A stretch of DNA of 39,160 nucleotides. Source: Minisyncoccota bacterium. GTDB lineage: Bacteria; Patescibacteriota; Minisyncoccia; Phycocordibacterales; UBA918. Under the pieces are notes generated by a model that made no database searches, had not been told where the DNA came from, and saw nothing but the letters and a program-made list of their open reading frames with translations. The first letter of the stretch is position 1. Each line of letters starts with the position of its first letter. A program made the position numbers and the translations under genes. This document shows, in pieces, positions 31,699 through 39,160 of the stretch. The DNA lies in NCBI GenBank assembly GCA_043742005.1, contig JAYTZG010000043.1, positions 1-39,160 on the forward strand, read 5' to 3'.

Positions 31699-33867
31699 CT
31701 ATTTAGGCCAGCTCGATACCATTAGCAGATCAGAATCTTTCATCTGTTCAGGCAATTCCTGCCAAATCGTCTCAGTCACAAACGGCATGAAAGGGTGTAG
31801 GAGCTTAAGAGAGGTGGTAAGATATCGCGCTAACAATGCTTGACGAGCTAACCTTACGTTCGGATCTGTGTCAGCGAGTAACATTTTGGATTCTTCTATG
31901 ATGTCACTTGCAAAATGGTCCCACACAAAATGGTAAATCATCTCCGAAGCTAAGTCGAAACGATCTTTTTCCATTTGCTCGTTGATCATTCCTACAACGT
32001 TTTTCAATTGCAGCTCACGTCCTTGATGTTGTCCTGACTCTAGTTGTTGTGGGTCGAAGTCAAAGTCGTAGTCTTCGATATTATCAAGTACAAATCTCGT
32101 GATGTTCCAAAGCTTGTTGGCGAATTTTTTGTAGGCATTCACCTTGTCCGGGTCTAGGTTCATATCAGTTCCTGGGGCATTGTTCACGATAAGTCCCATA
32201 CGAAGTGCATCAGTTCCATACTTTTCTTGAATCTCGCTTGGCGCTATGACATTACCTTTACTCTTGCTCATTTTCTTACCGTGCTTGTCGCGTATCATAC
32301 CGTGAAGGTAAATTTTCTTAAACGGTACCTCGCCGGTTCGATATAGACCAAGCATAATCATGCGAGCTACCCAGAAGAAAATAATATCTTTCCCGGTTTC
32401 CATCACAGAAGTTGGATAGTAGCTTTTAAAATCGTCACTCTCGCCGTTAAAGTCAGTGACACACAGCGGCCATTGTCCTGAGGAGAACCAAGTGTCAAAT
32501 GTATCTGGATCGAGATGAACGCTTCCGCCACACTTCGTACATGAAATAATGGCACCCTCAGCGTCTACCATGCCGTGACCACAGTCGTCGCAGACTTTGG
32601 CGGGAATTGGAATACCCCAGGCAATCTGACGAGCAATTGGCCAATCGTCGATGTTACCAAGCCAGTGTCGGAAAACCCGCTCATCGCGTTCGGTCACAAA
32701 TGCAAATTTCTTTTCATCCAGCGCTAAGAGCGCTTTTTCAGCCAATGGTTTCATTGTCACGAACCACTGTTCTTTGATTTGCGGCTCAATTTCGCGACCA
32801 CACTTGTAACAGCAGGGAACTGAGTGTTGGTACTTTTCATCTATATGATCTACCAAACCTTTGGCTTCAAGTTTCTCAACAATCTTCTTGCGGGCTTCGC
32901 GAATATCCATGCCGGCAAATTCTTCGGCAATTGGAAGCAACTTACCACGCCAGTCGATAATTTGTTCGTAGTCGAGGTTGTGGCGTTTCGCAATTTCAAA
33001 GTCGATACCAGAGTGCCACGGAGTAATCGTCATCACACCAGTACCCATTTCTGGGTCACTTGCTTCATCTTTGATAACGGTGGCGGTGATAGGGCCGTTG
33101 ATCCACTCCACTTCAATCTGTTGACCGTGCTCATATTCTTTATAGCACTCATCGTCAGGGTGCATCACTACATACTTATCACCAAACTTCGTCTCTGGTC
33201 GCGCCGTACCAATTACAAATGGTCCGTACTTAAAGTAGTAGAACGGTTCGGTACGTTCTTCGTGCTCCACTTCGAGATTTGAGAAAGAAGTTTGGTGCTT
33301 GGGACACCAGTTGCTTGAGCGCGCTCCCCGATATAGTAGTCCGTCAGTTTCTAGTTGCTTGAAAGTTTCATAAACTATTTTCACGACTCGTTCATCTAAA
33401 GTAAAGATTTGACGTGACCAATCGCACGAGGCGCCAAGTGAGCGAATCTGACCTTCCATAAAAGATTTGTTGGCGAGGGTGAAATCAAGAATCTCTGCAT
33501 ACAGTTCTTCTCGCGTCATTTGGAATCGTGAGCGTCCTTCTTTCTCAAGTTTCTTTTCGTACACTACCTGGGTCTCAAAGCCAGCGTGATCAGCGCCTGG
33601 GAACCAAACGGCTTTTTTACCACGCATACGTTCATAGCGAATCATGATATCTTGGACCGTCACAAAAAGTGCATGTCCAGCGTGGAGTGAGCCGTTGGCG
33701 TTTGGCGGGGGCATCACAATAGAAAATTGCTCAGTCCGCTCTCCTGGAAGGTTGTCCGGATTAAAGTAGCCTGATTTTTCCCATAACGCATAAATCCCTT
33801 TCTCGTGATCTTGAGGATTGTAAGGGCTTAAAAATAGCTCAGGAATATTAGGCTTTTGCTCGTTCAT
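31699..33867 (-). CDS. valS: Valyl-tRNA synthetase (short form, 722 aa)
   Basis: PPPNANGSLHAGHAL (HIGH region), WFPGADHAGFETQ, the editing-domain signature TARPETKFGDKYVVMHPDD and KMSKSKGN. The C-terminal coiled coil of long ValRS enzymes is absent. Confidence 0.9.
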   Translation of the reverse strand: MNEQKPNIPELFLSPYNPQDHEKGIYALWEKSGYFNPDNLPGERTEQFSIVMPPPNANGSLHAGHALFVTVQDIMIRYERMRGKKAVWFPGADHAGFETQVVYEKKLEKEGRSRFQMTREELYAEILDFTLANKSFMEGQIRSLGASCDWSRQIFTLDERVVKIVYETFKQLETDGLLYRGARSSNWCPKHQTSFSNLEVEHEERTEPFYYFKYGPFVIGTARPETKFGDKYVVMHPDDECYKEYEHGQQIEVEWINGPITATVIKDEASDPEMGTGVMTITPWHSGIDFEIAKRHNLDYEQIIDWRGKLLPIAEEFAGMDIREARKKIVEKLEAKGLVDHIDEKYQHSVPCCYKCGREIEPQIKEQWFVTMKPLAEKALLALDEKKFAFVTERDERVFRHWLGNIDDWPIARQIAWGIPIPAKVCDDCGHGMVDAEGAIISCTKCGGSVHLDPDTFDTWFSSGQWPLCVTDFNGESDDFKSYYPTSVMETGKDIIFFWVARMIMLGLYRTGEVPFKKIYLHGMIRDKHGKKMSKSKGNVIAPSEIQEKYGTDALRMGLIVNNAPGTDMNLDPDKVNAYKKFANKLWNITRFVLDNIEDYDFDFDPQQLESGQHQGRELQLKNVVGMINEQMEKDRFDLASEMIYHFVWDHFASDIIEESKMLLADTDPNVRLARQALLARYLTTSLKLLHPFMPFVTETIWQELPEQMKDSDLLMVSSWPK

Positions 33868-34021
33868 AGATAGAGCGATGGTAGCATGAAATTTAAGATT
33901 TAAAAACGTTTGGGTTGAGCCCTCTGGTATTGCGTTGTCTCTATAAAAGCGTACAATTTAATTAACGTTGAGCCCACCGTACCGGGTAGCCACCCTTATA
34001 AAAAATCCTAACAAAACGCTT

Positions 34022-34627
34022 ATGTCAGAGATAATTCTTTATCCGACAGAGACGGTGTACGCGCTCGGGGTCAATCCCTTTGATCGCGTAGCGTGGCACG
34101 ACCTCTGTGAGCTCAAGGGACGGCAGGGTAACCAAACGGCCAGCTGGCTCTTGCCGTCAGTTGAGGATATTGCAATTTATGCAAAAATCACGCCGAAGGC
34201 TCAGGAGCTTATAGACCAGTACATGCCCGGACCTTTTACTATTGTGTTAAAGGCAAAAGACTATCTGCCGCGTGAGGTGCTGGCACTTGATGGGACAGTT
34301 AGTTTTCGCGTGTCTTCCGACACGATTACGCAGGAGTTGATTAATGATTATATGGCGACCCACAATGCGCCGCTTACTTGTACTAGTGCCAATCGTCATG
34401 GACAGCCCACTATGATAACTCCACAAAGTATCGCCGCGCAGTTTGGTGACAAAGTCCAGATGATTACCAAGATTGTCGACGACGGACCACGGGTCGGTCA
34501 GCCGTCTACTATTGTGCGTTGTGTAGATGATGTCGTGACGGTCTTGCGCCAAGGTAGTATTGAGATCGAAAAACCAGTCGCAGTAGCTTCGCCTAATATG
34601 GAAGCACTCTACGCTGAAATATTTTAG
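34022..34627 (+). CDS. tsaC: L-threonylcarbamoyladenylate synthase (TsaC/YrdC/Sua5 family)
   Basis: ILYPTETVYALGVNPFD, GPFTIVL, SFRVSSD, TCTSANRHGQP and STIVRC are YrdC-domain motifs. The ATG at 34022 is preferred. Confidence 0.85.
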   Translation: MSEIILYPTETVYALGVNPFDRVAWHDLCELKGRQGNQTASWLLPSVEDIAIYAKITPKAQELIDQYMPGPFTIVLKAKDYLPREVLALDGTVSFRVSSDTITQELINDYMATHNAPLTCTSANRHGQPTMITPQSIAAQFGDKVQMITKIVDDGPRVGQPSTIVRCVDDVVTVLRQGSIEIEKPVAVASPNMEALYAEIF

Positions 34628-35799
34628 GCCAGACTTTTATTACCATCAGCTCTGATTACATCTGCGCCACGTGGCGCTAGGGCACTTGAAGCGTGGGCGT
34701 GGCCGGCCAACGCAATCATAATGCTGTTATCAGTCGAAAGTTTTGGTTGCGGGAAATATACCGTTAGGTCGGGGTATTCGGTGAGGAACTTAGCTTCGAA
34801 CATTCGTTTGAGGTGTTGGTTAGCGCTGACTCCACCGCCCACGATGAGAGTCTGAGCGTTGTGTTTTTCTACGGCCATTGTAGCCTTCTTCAAAAGTACG
34901 GTAGTGACTGCATCCTCAAAGTCACGAGAGATAGCTTTCACATCTGTTTCGGTGAGCTCCTTATCTTGTACCGCATAGCGTACCGCGGTCTTAAGTCCAG
35001 AAAAAGAAAAATCTAGATCACCAGAGTGAAGCATCGGCGTAGGAAATTCGGCGAACTTAGGGAGTTTTTCTTTGCGCGCTTGCTCGGCTCGCTTAGCGAT
35101 TTCTGGTCCACCGGGATATTGCAGACCTATCAGTCGCGCGACTTTGTCGTAGGCTTCGCCGACAGCATCATCCCTCGTTTGACCAATTTTTTCATACTTA
35201 CCCCAGTCGCTCATCAGGATGAGTTCAGTGTGTCCGCCAGAAATGAGTAACGAAATAGTCGGGAAGGGAATATCTGACAGCATATCGTCACGCTCAATAT
35301 CAAATACACTAGAGAGCACATGACCTTCCATGTGGTTCACAGGGACGATAGGTACATTCCAAAGCAGTGCCAGCGCTTTAGCGAAGTTGACTCCAACCCA
35401 CAGTGCCGGCTCGAGTCCCGGGCCACTAGTAACCGCAATCAAGTCAATCGCATAAGCACCATGTTCACGGTGAAAGGTTAGTAGCTCGTCACCCAGTTCA
35501 CGCTCACGCGCCAACGTTGTGCGGATTTCTTCTTCTTGCTGTGTAGTGAGTGCCGGAGTGAAGTCATTCGCTTCCATTCCAGACTCTCTTATCGCTTTCT
35601 CTAGCATCGGCACAACCGTCACGATATGCTCACGCTTGGCGAGCATCGGGAACACCCCGCCATATTCGCGGTGAATATCAATCTGCGACCACAGTGCGTT
35701 GCCAAGGATGTCGTAGGTGGCGTGCGGAAACTCACCCTTAGCCTCAACGAGACTGATTGCGGTTTCGTCACAGGATGTCTCAATACTGAGAATTAGCAT
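34624..35799 (-). CDS. tsaD: tRNA N6-adenosine threonylcarbamoyltransferase TsaD (Kae1/Gcp family)
   Basis: MLILSIETSCDETAISLV, MEGHV, SGGHTEL, DDAVGEAYDKVAR and VGGGVSAN. At 391 aa it has an apparent ~40-aa insertion after the first lobe. Its 3' end overlaps tsaC by 4 nt (convergent). Confidence 0.9.
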   Translation of the reverse strand: MLILSIETSCDETAISLVEAKGEFPHATYDILGNALWSQIDIHREYGGVFPMLAKREHIVTVVPMLEKAIRESGMEANDFTPALTTQQEEEIRTTLARERELGDELLTFHREHGAYAIDLIAVTSGPGLEPALWVGVNFAKALALLWNVPIVPVNHMEGHVLSSVFDIERDDMLSDIPFPTISLLISGGHTELILMSDWGKYEKIGQTRDDAVGEAYDKVARLIGLQYPGGPEIAKRAEQARKEKLPKFAEFPTPMLHSGDLDFSFSGLKTAVRYAVQDKELTETDVKAISRDFEDAVTTVLLKKATMAVEKHNAQTLIVGGGVSANQHLKRMFEAKFLTEYPDLTVYFPQPKLSTDNSIMIALAGHAHASSALAPRGADVIRADGNKSLA

Positions 35800-35865
35800 A
35801 GCGCAAATATACGCTAAACGTTGTTATTTCGCAAAAGTATGTTATTTTCTCAGAGGAGGTGACTT

Positions 35866-35970
35866 ATGATGTCTAAGTTTTGGAATTCGCCGCTTTCGAT
35901 GGTTGTCCTTGTCCCAACGATTTTTGGACTCGCACTTTGGGAGTTGGCGACTGGCAAGCGTCTGACTTGA
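35866..35970 (+). CDS. Candidate 34-aa single-TM small protein
   Basis: My own translation is MMSKFWNSPLSMVVLVPTIFGLALWELATGKRLT. A strong SD (GGAGGTG) lies 5-8 nt upstream and a strong terminator starts 3 nt after the stop. Confidence 0.55.
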   Translation: MMSKFWNSPLSMVVLVPTIFGLALWELATGKRLT

Positions 35971-35972
35971 CC

Positions 35973-36004
35973 AAAAAGGGCTGACAGTGTGTCAGCCCTT
36001 TTTA
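35973..36004. terminator. Bidirectional intrinsic terminator
   Basis: aaaaaGGGCTGACagtgtGTCAGCCCttttt. Confidence 0.85.
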
Positions 36005-36015
36005 TATGCAACTTT

Positions 36016-36036
36016 GTGCGCGATGGAAGGATTGAA
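36016..36036 (-). repeat. Exact 21-nt direct repeat of the tRNA-Val 3' end (att-like; candidate displaced native 3' end)
   Basis: gtgcgcgatggaaggattgaa is identical to 36441-36461. On the tRNA strand this copy ends ...GCGCACAAA rather than ...GCGCACCA. Confidence 0.85.
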
Positions 36037-36044
36037 TGAAGTAA

Positions 36045-36431
36045 TTAGTCAGTAATTCCAAATAATTCAGCTATTCTATTACAGACTGCGTAATTGAATA
36101 TTTTCTCTGAAATTTCAGAGTAGTTTCCTGGAGGATTACGTTCGAAGTCATCCAATGCTGACATTACAGACTCAAGATCGTCGGATCCATCTGGCTCGTT
36201 GTTATCCCTGTGGCCACCTTCAAGGAAATTGACTACAGTAAGGTCGCCGCTTCTATTTGGGTCTTGAACAGCGAAAGTTTCTACCGCAGCTTTAATTTCC
36301 GACAAGTTACTTGCCAACGAAAGTTCTTTTAGAAAAGTTGGACGTTTTTCTAAACTTTGGGCAGACGCTTCTTGCCAACCATATGATTCACCGTTTTCAT
36401 TGAATTTTTCCATATGAATAGATTTTAACAC
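36045..36431 (-). CDS. Hypothetical acidic protein carried on the tRNA-Val-bounded insert
   Basis: 128-aa ORF (or 122 aa from MEKFNENG at 36413). It is co-oriented with tRNA-Val and starts 8-26 nt downstream of it. No SD and no recognisable family. Confidence 0.5.
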   Translation of the reverse strand: MLKSIHMEKFNENGESYGWQEASAQSLEKRPTFLKELSLASNLSEIKAAVETFAVQDPNRSGDLTVVNFLEGGHRDNNEPDGSDDLESVMSALDDFERNPPGNYSEISEKIFNYAVCNRIAELFGITD

Positions 36432-36438
36432 ATTCAGT

Positions 36439-36513
36439 TGGTGCGCGATGGAAGGATTGAACTTCCGGCCTCTTCAATGTCAATGAAGCGCTCTACCACT
36501 GAGCTAATCGCGC
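36439..36513 (-). tRNA. tRNA-Val(GAC), CCA encoded
   Basis: Manual fold of the reverse complement: gcgcgat ta gctc agtggta gagc g cttca ttGACat tgaag aggcc ggaag ttcaatc cttcc atcgcgc a cca. Confidence 0.9.
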
Positions 36514-36594
36514 GTATGCGTGCACAGACCAGCTTCAATGGAGATGGTGAAGTGTCCGGGGGACAGTTCGCCGCTACCACTGAGCTAATCGCGC
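36514..36594 (-). pseudogene. Decayed tandem tRNA-Val copy (tRNA-derived fragment)
   Basis: The first 21 nt (36574-36594) are identical to the tRNA-Val 5' end (36493-36513), and the same anticodon stem cttca/tgaag is kept around a 10-nt loop. A gtcccccggac hairpin replaces the D-stem 3' side. There is no T arm or 3' acceptor strand. Confidence 0.65.
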
Positions 36595-36691
36595 ATTATT
36601 AATTTAATATTGGTCTGATTCTGCGAGAAGTATAGTAGCACAATATGCTTTAATTGGAATCAGGAGTAGTTTAAGGTAGTATTTACAGGTT

Positions 36692-37435
36692 ATGGAAAAT
36701 GAAAAGTTAGACATACAGAAAACAGGCTTTGAGCCGGAGAGTATGCCGACAGAACAGGTGGAAGACGTTGTTGTTGCTTTGGACGAAGCTTTTCAGTATT
36801 GCCGAGCAAATCCAGATGATTTTTCGTGTGATTGCTCCGCACTACACTCAAGGATTTGCCATACAGAAGTACAGCGACTTTTTCAGCACTACGAAAAACA
36901 CGAAGTGCTCACACACGATGATATCGAAAAAAGCATTAATGCTGTTTTGAGAAAACTTGAGACTGAGATGAGCGATGCGCCTGAAGACGAATTTATCAGC
37001 AAAAGGTTCCAGCTTCTTAAAGAGCGCCCGAGAGAAATAAAACTGGCGACAAGAAGATATGTACAAACTATCTCCAAGTTTTTTCATATCAAGAAACAGC
37101 AATTTCGCTTGGACCCTGTAGACTTTAAGGCTGAGTTTGAAAAGATCGATCGGATCCGAAGAAATGCACACGATGGACTAATCGAGACACTTACTATATA
37201 CACGAGGACCATTAATGAGCTATATAGATATGGCGCCCTAGATGGGTTAGAGATAAAGGAATGGCATGTCACGGACAGGTTTGGTTCGGACTTGCCGCCA
37301 GAGGATACAATTCTCGTGTTTGCTGGCGACGTTTTGAGAAACAGAGACTTGGTGAAAGACTGGGCGGTAAGCGCTCACCTAAACGAAAAATTAAGCCAAA
37401 TAGAGGAGATGCAAAAAGGGCACTCAACGTTATAA
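36692..37435 (+). CDS. Hypothetical alpha-helical protein
   Basis: 247-aa ORF. The segment DRIRRNAHDGLIETLTIYTRTINELYRYG is reminiscent of DUF3232-type proteins and also fits an R-x5-H pattern. Neither assignment is secure. Confidence 0.6.
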   Translation: MENEKLDIQKTGFEPESMPTEQVEDVVVALDEAFQYCRANPDDFSCDCSALHSRICHTEVQRLFQHYEKHEVLTHDDIEKSINAVLRKLETEMSDAPEDEFISKRFQLLKERPREIKLATRRYVQTISKFFHIKKQQFRLDPVDFKAEFEKIDRIRRNAHDGLIETLTIYTRTINELYRYGALDGLEIKEWHVTDRFGSDLPPEDTILVFAGDVLRNRDLVKDWAVSAHLNEKLSQIEEMQKGHSTL

Positions 37436-37448
37436 CATTGAGTGCCCG

Positions 37449-37727
37449 CTAGTGCGCTCGAATTACTTCTGAGTACACTAGTATTAGATGGCGCATGATA
37501 TCCTGATTAGTGATCTCAGGTAGTTCCGCCCTAATTTTATCAGCGAAAGTGATGAAGCGTTCAGACTCCATGACTTCTTTGATTGATTTGTCGCAGGTAT
37601 CTTGGTAAAGGATACCCGCGTCCTCGCATATAGCTGAGGCCAGTACCACGCTTACCACAAGTGTCCTCCTTAAGAACAGAGTTGTGATGGATAATAGCAC
37701 GAACCACAAAAATGTCAACGAGTGCAC
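37449..37727 (-). CDS. Hypothetical small protein with an N-terminal hydrophobic segment
   Basis: 92-aa ORF filling the 316-nt gap between two + strand genes. No SD or family recognised. Confidence 0.35.
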   Translation of the reverse strand: MHSLTFLWFVLLSITTLFLRRTLVVSVVLASAICEDAGILYQDTCDKSIKEVMESERFITFADKIRAELPEITNQDIMRHLILVYSEVIRAH

Positions 37728-37751
37728 CCTCTAAAATTGAAACCAGTATTC

Positions 37752-39160
37752 ATGCCTAAAAAACAAGAAAAACAGCCGAATATTCCTAATACACCGATAC
37801 CGTTCATTATCTTTATTTCGCGGCCTTTTGCCTTGCCGGCTTGGACAGCTATTTTTGTTGTCATCATTGCTTCAATAATCAGCCAGTCGACAGCGTTGGT
37901 ATTTAAATGGGTGATTGAAGCGGTGCAGGAAAATGACATAAACAAAGCGTTGAAGCTGGGATTGCTATTTCCGGTGATGGTTTTCTCGGTGCAGATGTTG
38001 TATCGCATTAGTGGGCTAGCGGGACTAACGTGGGCAATCCGAGTAAAGAAGCACATTCAGGATGTATTATTTTCGTATTCAGTTAAACACAGCCATAGCT
38101 ATTTTAGTAATCGTTTCGCCGGTTCATTGCTTAACAAAATTGGTAATGTAATTGGGGCTGTTGACAGCATCATCATGGATTTTCTATGGTCTTATCTTGC
38201 GACTTCCGTGACTCTCCTTACGACCCTATTTTATATCTACTCTGTCGATACTATTTCAGGACACCTTTTCTTCGGCTTGATTGTTAGTCTACTTGTCGTC
38301 AATAACTATTTCATAAAGCAGAAGAGAATGCTCTCTCGAGAAGTAGCGGCGGCCAGCACTGTGATTCGGGGTACGATTGTGGATGTGTTTAGTAACATCG
38401 CCGCGGTTCGACAATTTACTTCACAAGAAAGTGAGCAAGCTCTGCTCGAGTCACAAGGAAAGAGTTGGGTAGAGAAAGGTATCAAAAGTATGCGTCACTC
38501 CGAAATGGTGATGGCCGTTAACGGATTGATCCTGTTTTGTTTTTCTGGTTCAATTTTTTATGTTCTGACCCAGCGTTGGGGTGCTGGTGCAATCACTACC
38601 GCCGATTTCATTTTCATTCTTGCCCTCATCTCACAAATCACTGGCACGCTCATTTTTATTGGCCGAGTGATGTCACATTATGCGCGAGTGAGAGGTGAGT
38701 TGGAGGAAGGACTAGAAGAACTAATCGTCCCACATGAAATTGTCGATGCACCAGATGCACAGCCGCTAGAAGCCTCCACTGGAAAAATTGATTGGAAAGA
38801 TGTCGATTTTGAGTTTGGTGAGAATAAAGTTTTCGATGGTTTCAATCTAGAGATAAAACCAGGACAACGGGTGGGTCTGGTCGGTCATTCCGGAGCAGGA
38901 AAGACGACGTTCGTCTCACTTCTACTTAGGCAGCATGATGTCACAGGTGGTTCAATCGAGATTGACGGGCAGAATATTGCAGATGTGACACAGGACTCAC
39001 TTCGTAATGCTGTGGCTGTGGTGCCGCAAGAGCCGATGCTTTTCCATCGTACTATTCGTGAAAATATTGCGTACGGCAAGTCAGATGCCACCGATGAAGA
39101 AATCATTGCGGTAGCGAAGAAGGCCCAGGCACATGACTTCATCATGCAGCTGGAGTATGG
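37752..39160 (+). CDS. ABC exporter, fused permease/ATPase (MsbA/MdlB-like), 3' end outside window
   Basis: This gene is missing from the ORF track because it runs off the window. My own translation from the ATG at 37752 is MPKKQEKQPN... It shows a six-TM exporter domain, then IDWKDVDFEFGENKVFDGFNLEIKPGQRVGLVGHSGAGKTT (Walker A) and VPQEPMLF (Q-loop). The ABC signature and Walker B lie beyond the window. Confidence 0.9.
   Translation, partial: MPKKQEKQPNIPNTPIPFIIFISRPFALPAWTAIFVVIIASIISQSTALVFKWVIEAVQENDINKALKLGLLFPVMVFSVQMLYRISGLAGLTWAIRVKKHIQDVLFSYSVKHSHSYFSNRFAGSLLNKIGNVIGAVDSIIMDFLWSYLATSVTLLTTLFYIYSVDTISGHLFFGLIVSLLVVNNYFIKQKRMLSREVAAASTVIRGTIVDVFSNIAAVRQFTSQESEQALLESQGKSWVEKGIKSMRHSEMVMAVNGLILFCFSGSIFYVLTQRWGAGAITTADFIFILALISQITGTLIFIGRVMSHYARVRGELEEGLEELIVPHEIVDAPDAQPLEASTGKIDWKDVDFEFGENKVFDGFNLEIKPGQRVGLVGHSGAGKTTFVSLLLRQHDVTGGSIEIDGQNIADVTQDSLRNAVAVVPQEPMLFHRTIRENIAYGKSDATDEEIIAVAKKAQAHDFIMQLEY

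Noticed and set aside
32824-33282. 152-aa + strand ORF
   Set aside because: It is antisense within valS.
37715-39145. Minus-strand ORFs 37715-38056 and 38885-39145
   Set aside because: They are antisense to the ABC exporter gene, which is missing from the track only because it runs off the window end.
1-39160. Scan for CRISPR arrays, rRNA genes, transposases, integrases, group II introns and retron-type reverse transcriptases
   Set aside because: No regularly spaced direct repeats were found and no rRNA-like conserved blocks were seen. No ORF showed recombinase, transposase or RT motifs in any frame of the supplied track or in my own reading.

Overview
The window is a compact 39.2-kb chromosomal segment with about 45 protein genes, four tRNA loci and an RNase P RNA. 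I found no rRNA, CRISPR array, transposase or integrase. Recognisable housekeeping genes include lepA, valS, tsaC, tsaD, rlmB, murJ, mgtE, an MgtC-family gene, a DEAD-box helicase, a cold-shock protein, hsp20, prsW, a YpfJ-type metallopeptidase, a PAP2 phosphatase, a thermonuclease, a glutaredoxin-like protein, an FtsB/DivIC-like protein, a MazG-like NTP pyrophosphohydrolase and a partial ABC exporter. Several traits suggest a reduced-genome Patescibacteria/CPR-like bacterium: a short 722-aa ValRS, a SurA-N-like protein with no recognisable PPIase domain, a very large multi-pass membrane protein with TPR repeats, many small exported or membrane orphans, and tRNAs mostly lacking an encoded CCA. 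That lineage call is inference only. The most unusual signal is at the tRNA loci. tRNA-Val, tRNA-Phe and a tRNA-Gln-like gene are each followed by a small insert (404, 318 and about 185 bp). Each insert ends in a direct repeat of the tRNA 3' end, and a terminator sits just beyond that distal repeat. Inverted and tandem decayed tRNA fragments are also present, and the tRNA-Val insert carries a single co-oriented orphan gene. This looks like att-site scarring or a family of miniature tRNA-targeting inserts with no recombinase nearby. Other notable items are listed below.
- A 137-nt three-way-junction palindromic element lies upstream of the helicase gene.
- A family of roughly 35-40-nt GGAGG/CCTCC hairpin repeats occurs three times.
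- An ORF-free, structured stretch of about 290 nt follows lepA.
- A wall-binding protein carries a roughly 250-aa poly-acidic tail.
- A three-gene orphan islet sits beside tRNA-Val.
All calls come from manual reading of the sequence and the ORF track. No searches or folding programs were run.
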